Shown here in pieces: positions 43,101-55,219 of a stretch of DNA of 64,000 bases. This DNA is from Eledone cirrhosa (lineage: Eukaryota). Each line of letters opens with the position of its first letter. The first letter of the stretch is position 1. The stretch spans positions 104,222,001-104,286,000 of the forward strand of contig OZ024743.1 in NCBI GenBank assembly GCA_964016885.1. Reading direction: 5' to 3'. The position numbers and the translations under genes are program-made. The notes beneath the pieces are model-generated. The model saw only the letters and a program-made list of their open reading frames with translations, was not told where the DNA came from and ran no database searches.

Positions 43101-46100
43101 TACATAGTGATACCATCTCTTTGAGGGATAGTAGCCTTACACAGTGATACCATCTCTTTGAGGTATAGTAGCCTTACACAGTGATACCATCTCTTTGAGG
43201 TATAGTAGCCTTACATAGTGATATCATCTCTTTGAGGTATAGTAGCCTTACACAGTGATACCATCTCTTTGAGGGATAGTAGCCTTACATAGTGATACCA
43301 TCTCTTTGAGGTATGGTAGCCTTACATAGTGATATCATCTGTTTGAGGTATATTAGCCTTACACAGTGATACCATCTCTTTGAGGTATAGTAGCCTTACA
43401 CAGTGATACCATCTCTTTGAGGTATAGTAGCCTTACACAGTGATACCATCTCTTTGAGGTATAGTAGCCTTACATAGTGATATCATCTCTTTGAGGTATA
43501 GTAGCCCTACACAGTGATACCATCTCTTTGAGGGATAGTAGCCTTACATAGTGATACCATCTCTTTGAGGTATGGTAGCCTTACATAGTGATATCATCTC
43601 TTTGAGGTATAGTAGCCTTACACAGTGATACCATCTCTTTGAGGTATAGTAGCCTTACACAGTGATACCATCTCTTTGAGGTATAGTAGCCTTACATAGT
43701 GATATCATCTCTTTGAGGTATAGTAGCCTTACACAGTGATACCATCTCTTTGAGGGATAGTAGCCTTACATAGTGATATCATCTCTTTGAGGTATAGTAG
43801 CCTTACATAGTGATACCATCTCTTTGAGGGATAGTAGCCTTACACAGTGATACCATCTCTTTGAGGGATAGTAGCCTTACATAGTGATACCATCTCTTTG
43901 AGGTATAGTAGCCTTACACAGTGATACCATCTGTTTGAGGTATAGTAGCCTTACATAGTGATACCATCTCTTTGAGGGATAGTAGCCTTACACAGTGATA
44001 CCATCTCTTTGAGGGATAGTAGCCTTACATAGTGACACTATCTCTTTCAGGGATAGTAGCCTTACATAGTGATACCATCTCTTTGAGGGATAGTAGCCTT
44101 ACATAGTGATACCATCTCTTTGAGGTATAGTAGCCTTACATAGTGATACCATCTCTTTGGGGTATAGTAGCCTTACATAGTGATACCATCTCTTTGAGGT
44201 ATAGTAGCCTTACATAGTGACACTATCTCTTTGAGGGATAGTAGCCTTACATAGTGATACCATCTCTTTGAGGGATAGTAGCCTTACATAGTGATACCAT
44301 CTCTTTGAGGTATAGTAGCCTTACATAGTGATACCATCTCTTTGAGGTATAGTAGCCTTACATAGTGACACTATCTCTTTGAGGGATAGTAGCCTTACAT
44401 AGTGATACCATCTCTTTGAGGGATAGTAGCCTTACATAGTGATACCATCTCTTTGAGGTATAGTAGCCTTACATAGTGATACCATCTCTTTGAGGTATAG
44501 TAGCCTTACATAGTGACACTATCTCTTTGAGGGATAGTAGCCTTACATAGTGATACCATCTCTTTGAGTGATAGTAGCCTTACATAGTGATACCATCTCT
44601 TTGAGGGATAGTAGCCTTACATAGTGATACCATCTCTTTGAGGTATAGTAGCCTCACACAGTGATACCATCTCTTTGAGGTATAGTAGCCTTACATAGCG
44701 ATACCATCTCTTTGAGGTATAGTAGCCTTACATAGTGATATCATCTCTTTGAGGTATAGTAGCCTTACATAGTGATACCATCTCTTTGAGGTATAGTAGC
44801 CTTACATAGTGATACCATCTCTTTGAGGTATAGTAGCCTTACATAGTGATACCATCTCTTTGAGGGATAGTAGCCTTACATAGTGATACCATCTCTTTGA
44901 GGGATAGTAGCCTCACACAGTGATACCATCTCTTTGAGGTATAGTAGCCTTACATAGTGATATCATCTCTTTGAGGTATAGTAGCCTCACACAGTGATAC
45001 CATCTCTTTGAGGGATAGTAGCCTCACACAGTGATACTATCTCTTTGAGGGATAGTAGCCTTACATAGTGATATCATCTCTTTGAGGTATAGTAGCCTTA
45101 CATAGTGATACCATCTCTTTGAGGTATAGTAGCCTTACACAGTGATACCATCTCTTTGAGGTATAGTAGCCTTACATAGTGATACCATCTCTTTGAGGTA
45201 TAGTAGCCTTTCACAGTGATACCATCTCTTTGAGGGATAGTAGCCTTACATAGTGACACTATCTCTTTGAGGTATAGTAGCCTTACATAGTGATACCATC
45301 TCTTTGAGGTATAGTAGCCTTACATAGTGATACCATCTCTTTGAGGTATAGTAGCCTTACATAGTGATATCATCTCTTTGAGGTATTGTAGCCTTACATA
45401 GTGATACCATCTCTTTGAGGTATAGTAGCCTCACACAGTGATACCATCTCTTTGAGGGATAGTAGCCTTACACAGTGATACCATCTTTTTGAGGTATAGT
45501 AGCCTTACATAGTGATACCATCTCTTTGAGGTATAGTAGCCTTACATAGTGATATCATCTCTTTGAGGTATAGTAGCCTCACACAGTGATACCATCTCTT
45601 TGAGGTATGGTAGCCTTACATAGTGATATCATCTCTTTGAGGGATAGTAGCCTTACATAGTGATATCATCTCTTTGAGGTATAGTAGCCTCACATAGTGA
45701 TACCATCTCTTTGAGGGATAGTAGCCTTACATAGTGATATCATCTCTTTGAGGTATAGTAGCCTCACACAGTGATACCATCTCTTTGATGTATAGTAGCC
45801 TCACACAGTGATACCATCTCTTTGAGGTATAGTAGCCTCACACCGTGATACCATCTCTTTGAGGGATAGTAGCCTTACATAGTGATACCATCTCTTTGAG
45901 GGATAGTAGCCTTACACAGTGATACCATCTCTTTGAGATATAGTAGCCTTACATAGTGATACTATCTCTTTGAGGTATAGTAGCCTTACATAGTGATATC
46001 ATCTCTTTGAGGTATAGTAGCCTTACATAGTGATATCATCTCTTTGAGGGATAGTAGCCTTACACAGTGATACCATCTCTTTGAGGTATAGAGGCCTTAC

Positions 46101-46230
46101 ATAGTGATACCAACTCTTTGGGGTATAGTAGCCTTACATAGTGATACCATCTCTTTGAGGTATAGTAGCCTTACATAGTGATACCATCTCTTTGAGGGAT
46201 AGTAGCCTTACATAGTGACACTATCTCTTT
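4182..46230. repeat. 42-kb satellite array of a 37-bp monomer (~1,130 copies)
   Basis: Period of 37 (TTACA at 4201 and 4238). Consensus GAGGTATAGTAGCCTTACATAGTGATACCATCTCTTT. Uninterrupted, single orientation, no spacers and no TE insertions seen. Recurrent variants: GAGGGATA, GGGGTATA, CACAG, CCTCAC, GATATCA, GACACTA and a +9 bp insertion. Confidence 0.99.
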
Positions 46231-46301
46231 CAAGGACATGGGCTCGCCAGATGCAATGTAAAATATAAATATATGTCAAGCGTTATCTGTCATTTACTTA
46301 C

Positions 46302-46360
46302 CCAATAGGAAATTTAAGACTTGTGAGAGAATTGAAGAATTATATCAGCAGTTTACATAC
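46302..46360 (-). other. Candidate 59-nt non-coding or recursive-splicing exon
   Basis: Minus strand reads TTTTATTCTATTTTTTCTTTCTTACAG|GTATGTAAAC...CCTATTGG|GTAAGTAA. This is a strong acceptor plus a consensus donor, with stops in all three frames. Confidence 0.45.
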
Positions 46361-46808
46361 CTGTAAGAAAGAAAAAATAGAATAAAAGTATGTATGTGTG
46401 GATCAAAAGTGTGGACATATTTTGGATGATATGTTATTTATAACACACACATGTATATATATATATATGGGATTTAGTGATTTAATCCTGGTACGTATAT
46501 AAGCATTTCTAACTTTAATTTTATACCTAATTGTGTATGGTTGACCGTATATTTAATTAATTTCCATGTGCTGTTGAAATGTTGGGTAGATATTCTATAG
46601 CAGTTGGTCGCGAAGGCGCTGCTATCATATATTTATTTACTGTTTCTTCATAGGTGCCTTTTAATCTTAGAGCCTGGTCTAATTCATTTTTTCTGTGGTT
46701 AATTATGCTAACTGGGAGAAGAAATGATGTATATATATTATCAAATAATTCTATGGACATGCTTTACTTTATAGTATATATATATATATATATATATATA
46801 CTATATAT

Positions 46809-47377
46809 CCGAGGCCATAGTATCTAGAATAAGGACAGGTTGGAAGAAGTTTAGGGAGCTGCTTCCTCTGTTGACGAAGAAGGGTTTCTCCCTGCGTACG
46901 AAAGGCCGGTTGTATGATGCCTGTGTGAGGAGCGTGATGCTGCATGGTAGTGAGACATGGGCAGCAACTGCAGAGGATATGCGACCGCTGGAGAGAAATG
47001 AGGCAAGCATGCTCCGTTGGATGTGCAGTGTAAATGTGCGTGAATGACCCAGCATAAATGTGTTGAGAGAGAAACTGTGTCTGAGAGGGATAGAATGTAG
47101 TGTGTGAGAGAGGAGACTGAGGTGGTATGGACATGTGATGCGCATGGAGGATGACCGATGGGTGAAGAAGTGTCAGGAAATGCCAGTTGAAGGAAGACGT
47201 GGTAGAGGTAGACCACGAAAAACATGGGCGGAGGTGGTGAGAACAGACCTCAGATCATTGAAGCTCACGGTGGGGATGACGAAGGACCGTGACGAGTGGA
47301 GAGATGCTGTGCTGAATAAGACCCGTCCCACCCTTGCAAGCAGGGAAAAGCGGACGTATGATGATGATGATGATGAT
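46809..47377 (+). mobile_element. 3' fragment of an RTE LINE (degenerate, different subfamily), flanked by (TA)n
   Basis: Translates RIRTGWKKFRELLPLL..KGRLYDACVRSVMLHGSETWA...RRLRWYGHVMRM..GRGRPRKTW with in-frame TGA stops. Ends in a (GAT)n tail. Confidence 0.93.
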
Positions 47378-47799
47378 ATATATATATATATATAATATAG
47401 TAATTCATTTTCAAATATGAAAAAATAATTGTAGGTGAAGAAGTTATAACAGCTCAACAATATGAAATTTATTACAATAAACTGTACATAAGGCTACATA
47501 CATTTTTTGAAAAGAACAGGAATTCCTAATATGAACGTTTATGTATACATGTAGAGCAAAAAATTACATTGAAGATAGAACCAAACACTGCTAATTATAT
47601 CATATTCTAATTAATTCAAATATGCTAATGTAATTTCATGTATCGCAGGATGTTAAGAGTTAATGTAGATATAACTATAGATGTAGAATTACAAGCTTTT
47701 GATTAGTTATATTACATCTATTGGGGATGAAATGAAATCATACTTTGGTGCATTTCATTAAGATACAAAACTCAGTGTATTTTCATATAATATAAATGT

Positions 47800-47969
47800 G
47801 GTTGTTGTTAAGATGGACATCCAGCTCTAAAAACCCCGGCCAAATTTAGTCCTGTAAAGCAATGGTACGGTATAGCCAATTCTGGCCAGACTTATCCCTC
47901 AACGTGGACAACCTGTCTAACCCATGAAAGCATGGAAAATGGACATTAAACAGTGATGACGATGATGAT
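47800..47969 (+). mobile_element. Degenerate SINE/RTE 3'-tail fragment
   Basis: GTTAAGATGGACATCCAGCT...CTAACCCATGAAAGCATGGAAAATGGACATTAAAC(GAT)n resembles the RTE tail CCCATGCAAGCGTGGAACACGGACGTTAAAC(GAT)n. Confidence 0.7.
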
Positions 47970-48489
47970 TTGATATTTGTCATTTCCAATGAAAATATAC
48001 CATTGATATCACTCGCGAGATAAGCCTGTCAAAGCTCATTTTGCTCACACCACACATATTACTATACACAATTTTAAATATTACCCACTGTATATTATTC
48101 AACTGCTATGTTTTGATGTAATTATAAGTTTATAAATATTCATAATCTAAATAACATGTTATTGTTTTTGATATTTTTATCTGCCTTTCATGATTCCAAT
48201 CTCCACACCAACACACATCTATTCCCACATCAGGAGTGGCTGTGGTATGTTGCAAAGATGGTAATGGTATGGCTAAAATCATTTGTTAGATAATCCATTG
48301 CAAGTCAGCATCTTAAATACTTGAGAAAATATCTGCAATATTATTATTTATTTTTTTTTTGTATCTGAATCTGTTAAAATTGAAGCTTATTCATCACCTG
48401 CCTCGTTTATTTTGGCAACAAATCATAGTTAATTTATTACAGTAACCTCATTTCTCTTCCAAAACACCATCATCTAGTGCCAGCATTTG

Positions 48490-49180
48490 AAACAACAGCA
48501 CTGCCGTTGCAAACGCTGCCACCACCACCAGCAACAACAACAACCACAATAACAATGAATACTATTTGCAATAACGCCCTTATTGTTGTTGGTTTCACCA
48601 CCAATATCAACATTACCACCAAGAGCAGATAACAACAACAACATTTAAATAACTGTTGCTTGTACCAGCATCAACATAATAATCAAGAGCAGATAACAGC
48701 AATAACAACAACAGCAATAACAACAACAGCAACAATAACAACAACAGCAACAACAACAACAATAACATCAACAATATTTACAATAATGCTCTTATTGCTG
48801 CTGGTCTCACCATCAATATCTTCATTGTCATCATAACAATCTAGAACAGATAAGAACAACAGAGACAATAACAACAGCAGCATTAACAACAATAACCAAT
48901 GCTGCTTGTACTAAAATCACTACCAGTAACATCAAGATTGCCATCATAACAACAACATTTGCAATAACTCTGCTGCCTGTATCACCACTGACAACACCAT
49001 CCCCAATACCACCACTACCACTGCCAACACCATCACCACCACCACCACCACTGCCAACATCGTCCCCGCCAACACCGTCACCACCACCACCATCACCACC
49101 ACTGTCAATACCACCACCAAAACCATCACCACCATCAGCCATTGCAGCAACTTTGCAACAAGAGCAACAGCAACAACAGA
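48490..49180. repeat. Degenerate (AAC)n/(CAC)n trinucleotide region with an internal ~210-bp diverged duplication
   Basis: AAC/CAC runs. CAATAA.GC.CTTATTG.TG.TGGT.TCACCA.CAATATC occurs at ~48569 and ~48781. Confidence 0.8.
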
Positions 49181-49649
49181 TTAAAAGAAGATTATGAATA
49201 AAACCCAACCATGTCCAACTTCTTCCACCCTTCCAGTAATATAAACATGTCTCACACACACAGACACTCATACAGACCTACATACGCCCACATATATACA
49301 CATACAGAAGATAAAAATACAAAGAAATACATACAGCACCTCTATAAAAATACAATAAAAGACAGTAAAACAAAGAAGTTAATAATCTAACACTTTTACT
49401 AGGGTAGAAATGGTGAAAGCTAATCTCCAAACACTGAACTTTACAGAGGTGATGATGACAGAATGGAATAAGATGCAGTCATGATAATATAGTAACAACA
49501 CTAAGTTTATAAAAAGTAACAACAGTAACAACACTAAATTTATATAAAAGCACCCACTGGAGTTTTGAAAGAAATTATATTTTTCCTAGGTTTTATTGTG
49601 AGTTTCCAACTAATCTAACCTCCGATATTCTCGCAATCGACTTTTGTTT

Positions 49650-50245
49650 TGAAAATGGAACTGGGGTGAGGCGGGGGAACCCTATCGTCCTGTGGCCTCG
49701 GCCAAAATAGATTCAATGATAGATCTCTATGTAGATCAGTTGCTCATTGCATTGCCTAAATCCTGAACATCAATACAAGAGTCTCTCTGGTTATGACATC
49801 TGGATAGGAGAGTTTGTGATCTCTTTATCTTTTGAGAGATATTTGTTTCCAATCCACATAGGTCTGTCACTAATTGCATTGTCTAGATCTCAAATATCAA
49901 TACCAGAGTCTGTCTGACTGACTATGACATCTAGATAGGAGACATGCTGGTTTCCAAAGCACTAAAAGAGACACGGCTTCATTTTAAACTGGAATGGGGT
50001 GAGTGGGGACTCTATCGTCCTGTGGCCTCAGTCAGTCAAAATAGATTCAATGATAGATAGATCTCTACATTGGCTTTTGAGAGATGTTGGTTTCCAATCC
50101 ACATAGGTCTGTTACTCATTGCATTGTCTAGATCTCAAATATCAATACCAGAGTCTGTCTGGCTATGACATCTGGATAGGAGATAAATGCTGGTTTCCAA
50201 ATTGCTAACAGAGATACAACTTCATTTTAGACTCAATGGGAATGG
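49650..50245. repeat. Complex local tandem duplication (~250-340-bp units with a thrice-repeated submodule)
   Basis: CTATCGTCCTGTGGCCTC..CAAAATAGATTCAATGATAGAT occurs twice. TTGCATTG.CTA.ATC...TATGACATCT.GATAGGAGA occurs three times. Confidence 0.85.
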
Positions 50246-50683
50246 CCTCCAAATCTCAGCCTCTTCTTTTGTAAAATATCAGAAATATAAGGTAGATCAT
50301 CATATATTTCTCTAATAACAACTCTAGTCAACAAACAATACATTAGATCCACCAGGGACTATACCAGTCCTGCATGGAACTTTAATCTCTTTGCAAAAAA
50401 ATCCACAATAAACTACAAAGGACACAAGCCAATTTGGAAACCTCAAATGTGTTAAGAAGAAGAAGAAGAGCAGCAGCAGCAACAGCAACAACAGCAGCAA
50501 TAACAACAATAGCGGCAGCAGGATCTTAACTAAGAAATGATATAATTACATAAATGTTTAAGTCATGTACCCTGACCCAGTGTTAGATAATCTCTGCGTG
50601 TTAGAAGCATTTGAATGGATATTTTAAAAACATCTTTTAAACCTCTATATCGGACATGGGTAAACTTTTACAAGCAGTGGGCT

Positions 50684-51240
50684 TAGTGCTGGACTTAACT
50701 ATAAGCTAAATAAACTATAACTTAGGGCCACACACACTCAAAGGCATCATTTTTTAAAATATATTTTTTATTTTATCATTACTTTTTATTCTTTAATGCT
50801 AAATCATCAAAAATTATATATCATCATCATCATCATCATCATCACCACCACATAACATCCATTTTCCACACTAGCATGGCTTTGCTCATACATATATTAT
50901 TTATTCTTTATCATTAAAATTAACGCTTTAGCATTTAAACCTTGCTGTTTCTGGTCAGAGTTCTCTCACCTCTTTCTGTTCAAAGCAACCCTAACTGGCC
51001 ACTCATACCAATGATAAGGTATTGCTCTCAAAATAAATAACATCAAAATCTTGTAGCTTATCTTGTAGCTTTGATATTATGTGAGATAAAGCCTTTACCA
51101 CAATAATATATAGAGTAATGTAAATGCTAAAAGGGTTAATATAAATTACTAAAAGTTTTTTTACCCAGATTTTTTTTAGAGAGGGGCCTCCCTCAAATTT
51201 CATATAGCTTAGGGCCTCAGCAGGTGAAAGTCTGGCCCTG
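50684..51240. mobile_element. hAT-type MITE
   Basis: Imperfect TIRs TAGTGCTGGACTT / AAGTCTGGCCCTG and subterminal CTTAGGGCC motifs. The 8-bp TSD is AGTGGGCT (50676-83) vs AGTGTGCT (51241-48). Confidence 0.7.
50924..51135. mobile_element. piggyBac-type MITE nested in the hAT MITE
   Basis: TTAA|CGCTTTAGCATTTA ... TAAATGCTAAAAGGG|TTAA gives TIRs with a TTAA target duplication. Confidence 0.7.
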
Positions 51241-51449
51241 AGTGTGCTGTATAAGATATTGCTCATCATAAGGTGAGCTAGTACTATTAATAATATTCAA
51301 GATCATTTTTTAATAAGGTGTACTATTCAGGAAGCCAGGATTGGAGTCTTCACAACATTCTAGGTGGACCCTTTTAATTCACAATAATTCTAAGGTGGTA
51401 TTTTGGAATAAGTATATTGCCATAAATATTTCTAGATATGAGAGAGTGC

Positions 51450-51633
51450 TAGTGCCGAATTTACCATTGTGCTTAGGTGTGCTTAAACACAGGGCCCTAT
51501 TGGCCAGCGGTGGGAGGGTGTTGGGGGAGGGGGCATCTTCCTGCCCCCAAAATGTTTTACCACATTCAGGGCCCAAATAAGGGACCTCATAACTTAACTA
51601 GCACAAGGCATCTTTTGTCCTAATACGGCACTG
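51450..51633. mobile_element. Short hAT-like MITE related to 50684-51240
   Basis: TIRs TAGTGCCGAATTTA / CTAATACGGCACTG. The putative TSD matches only 5/8. Confidence 0.5.
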
Positions 51634-51954
51634 GGAGGTGCCATTGAAAAGTGGGGTAGGGGCAATGATATGCAGTCCCCCACCCTCTAGTAGAAATCAA
51701 ACAAAAAAGGGACACATTGGACGATTTGGTCATGGATTCCCTGGACATTAAGAATGGGATAGTCACAGCTGGAATATTGTTGACCATGGCTAACTTAGGG
51801 CTCTAAACAATAACAACAATCATTAACATCATCATCGGAAATAGTAGTAGTAGTAGTAGTAGTGGTAGTACTGATGGTGGTAGCTTTGTTACCAACAATA
51901 ACAGGACTGAGAGTAACATTGACAGCAGTAGTAGAATCATTATCATTATCATGA

Positions 51955-52019
<65 letters not shown>

Positions 52020-52022
52020 ATG

Positions 52023-52079
<57 letters not shown>

Positions 52080-52082
52080 ATG

Positions 52083-52133
<51 letters not shown>

Positions 52134-52134
52134 A

Positions 52135-52172
<38 letters not shown>

Positions 52173-52208
52173 ATGGTAGTAGTAGTAGTAGTAGTAGTAG
52201 TAGTAATG

Positions 52209-52259
<51 letters not shown>

Positions 52260-52262
52260 ATG

Positions 52263-52328
<66 letters not shown>

Positions 52329-52348
52329 ATGGTAGTAGTAGTAGTAGT
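51955..52348. repeat. (TAG)n microsatellite with periodic TAATGG interruptions
   Basis: Direct reading. It is the source of the poly-Y/L/V ORFs. Confidence 0.98.
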
Positions 52349-52944
52349 ACAAAGACAATAAAGAGCAGAAAAGCTGCACCTCCCTGTAATAACAACACCC
52401 TTCCTGTTTTAAAATTGGTAAATTGCCGGATTTGTGATAAAATAAAAGAAACAATAATGAAAAATAAAAGGTGGAGTTACACATTTTCCTGCTCTCCTAT
52501 CCTGCTTTCTACTACCATACACCCTCAATTAAATCCTGTCTTTGATAAACAATAACAACTTATTGACACACGTATTCTATGTACAAAATGTAAATTCACA
52601 GCTGGGAAGAGAGGAGCTGGATTATTTATGACATTATAGATATATTATGGATGTAATTATGGATGCAGCATGGCCCAAATAGTTATGGCAGACATGGCTC
52701 TGGAATACTCAGCTACTTATACAATAATTTCACATGCATGCAATAATTCCGTTGGTGAAATAACTGGAAAAAATCGACATCAGAACTGACAAAGTTCCAC
52801 TTCTTCTTCCTTGTCAACTCCTCACATTACCTCTACCTATATTCTATGTGTGTATGAATATATGGCTATGTATGTATATGTGGATGTACATATGTACATA
52901 AGTGTGTATAAATGTATGTATGTATGTAAGTATGAATGTATGTT

Positions 52945-53430
52945 AATGTCAGGTCGCTCTTCAGTACTACTGGTAACATGTAACCCAGTACAACCTGGTT
53001 AGGTTGTCGGTGACTAAACCAGCAACCCCACTAAGCTTGCTTGGTGAGGAGGGTGATTTTTTACACCCTGCGGGATGAAAAACAAAACCTATCAAAGAGC
53101 AGAGAAACTCAAGAGAGTCAACAGCCATCCAATAAAGTATCTTTTTTATGGAGCAAAAGACTCCTGGTCTTCATTAAGACATCTCTCTAGAAGAAGGTCA
53201 CTCTGATTTAAAACCTGTGACTTCGTTTGCATCCAATGATGTAAACCAGTTCTTCTTTTTTGGTAAATGCATTCGATGTTCAGAGAGTGGGATTGGCCCC
53301 ATACAAAGCCTTACCTCACTTAAAAAAGCTTTAAGCACAGGCATTGCTTGGTATGTGACATTTTTTTGCAATGCATGGCATTGCTGGCCATAGGCGGGTC
53401 CCTAGCAGGACTAGTAAGCCACGTCCGTGA
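52945..53430 (+). mobile_element. Probable RTE-type 5'UTR-derived non-autonomous repeat
   Basis: Motifs CTCTAGAAGAAGGTCACTCTGATTTAAAACC and ACTAAACCAGCAACCCC resemble RTE-clade 5'UTRs as I recall them. It is bounded by (TATG)n-type tracts and has no ORF. Confidence 0.4.
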
Positions 53431-53749
53431 TGCTTATGCTTAAGTAGCAAGCGATGGCATTACTTGAAATCAATTTGCAGCTATCATGTATGTATGTATG
53501 TATGTATGTATGGATTAGTATATGTATGTATGTGTATATATGTATGTACATATGTATGATTTGCCCTGTAACTTCTGATGAAATTGTAAGGGCGTTGTCA
53601 TGACATAATACATGTCTTGGGCATTTAAAACATGATGAAGCCCACCCCTCTCCATGATATTCCATGGAGAAATTCCAAATTTATAGATGGGAAGAGAGGT
53701 GTTAGATTACTTTATTATTTGCTCATCATCAAATTATAGACATATTGTA

Positions 53750-54562
53750 GCTATAGCATGGCCGAATGCTTAAGATGTTTGCTTTGCAATCATCAGTTCC
53801 CGGGTTCAATTCTACTGGGTGGTATCTTGGGTAAGTATCATTTACCATAGTATCAGGTTAACCCATACCTTATGGGAGACATTGTCTAGAAAGAAACTGT
53901 TTAGAGGTCTGTTGGATGGACTGTACCCATAATTCAAAGGGACAGCCTTGTCACAGACTGTGCCATACTGAATCTCCCTGAGAATTACGTTTAGGGTACA
54001 TGTGTCTGTGGAATGCTTAGCCACTTACACATAAATACAAAATGGACTGTACCTGTAATTCAAAGGGACAGCCTTGTCACAGACTGTGCCATACTGAATC
54101 TCCCTGAGAATTATATTTAGGGTACATGTGTCTGTAGAATGCTTAGCCACTTACACATAAATACAAAATGGACTGTACCTGTAATTCAAAGGGACAGCCT
54201 TGTCACAGACTGTGCCATACTGAATCTGTACATGTGTCTGTAGAATGCTCAGGCACTTACACATTAATACAAAATGGACTGAACCTGTAATTCAAGGAGC
54301 CAGATTTGTCACCCATTGAGTCCCACTGAATCTCCCTGAGAAATATATAGAGGGTACATGTGTCTGTGGAATATTCAGGTGTTTTTGCCTTAGTACAAGA
54401 TTGACCATATCTGTAATTCAAAGAGACAGCTTTGTTACACACTGTGTCATGCTGAATCTCCCTGAGAATTACATTAAGGGTATATGTGTCTGTGGAATGC
54501 TCAAACCTTTGCATGTTAATTTCATGAGCATTGTTCCATTGATCCAACAACTGGAACACTCA
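53750..54562 (+). mobile_element. tRNA-derived SINE whose body is tandemly amplified (5 x ~126 bp)
   Basis: A-box-like TGGCCGAATG and B-box GGTTCAATTC. The unit GGACTGTACC.. starts at 53918, 54044, 54170, 54276 and ~54402. Confidence 0.8.
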
Positions 54563-54868
54563 TGGAGATGATGATGATGATGCTGACCAAGATGGTGGTG
54601 GTGGTGGTGATGAAGATGATGCTGATGATGATGGTGGCGGTAGTGGTGAGGATGATGATGATGATAGTGATGATGATGATGAGGGTGATGTTGATGATCA
54701 TGGTAATAATGATGAGGTTGATGCTGATAGTGGTGGTGGTGGTGGTGGTGGTGGTGGCGGGAACGATGATGAGGATGATAGTGATGCTAATGTTGCTGAT
54801 GGTGGTGGTGGTGGTGATCATGGTGGTGAAAATGATGATGATGATGATGATGACTGCAATGATAATAA
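54563..54868. repeat. (GAT/GGT)n compound trinucleotide repeat
   Basis: Direct reading. Confidence 0.95.
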
Positions 54869-54869
54869 T

Positions 54870-55046
54870 TGGTTCTACTTTTGGCACAAGGCCAGCAATT
54901 ACCCAGTGCATTACTGGTACTTTATTTTATCAACCCCGTAAGGATGAAAGGCAAAGTTAACCTCAGCAGGATTTGAACTTAGAATGGCAAGGGCCGTAAC
55001 TCCATGCGTCAAAGCATGGCGTCTGACCCTCTACTGATACTGCCAA
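54870..55046 (-). mobile_element. tRNA-derived SINE with Nin/Deu-like central domain
   Basis: Minus strand shows the B box AGTTCAAATCC, then GCCTTTCATCCTTACGGGGTTGATAAAATAAAGTACCAGT. Confidence 0.75.
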
Positions 55047-55219
55047 GTGATGATTCCTATGCACTACTAGATTCAATGTCTGAATATAGCTAAAATTATT
55101 ACTGGATATAATAATCAATATTATCAATAATCAATATTATTGATCTCATAGATTTCCACATCCTGATCCTAATATAGCAGAAATATATTTTCTAACTTAG
55201 ACATGCGGATTCCATTTAC

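Noticed and set aside
4182-46230. CRISPR array (37-bp repeat with a weak hairpin ATACC..GGTAT)
   Set aside because: Repeats are directly adjacent with no unique spacers, there are no cas genes, and the context is eukaryotic.
4182-46230. A>G / T>C-rich variant spectrum as a trace of RNA editing
   Set aside because: Transitions are expected anyway, ancestral states are unknown, and one of the commonest variants is a T/G transversion.
53755-53820. tRNA gene
   Set aside because: Only degenerate A/B boxes with no cloverleaf. The sequence continues into a SINE body.
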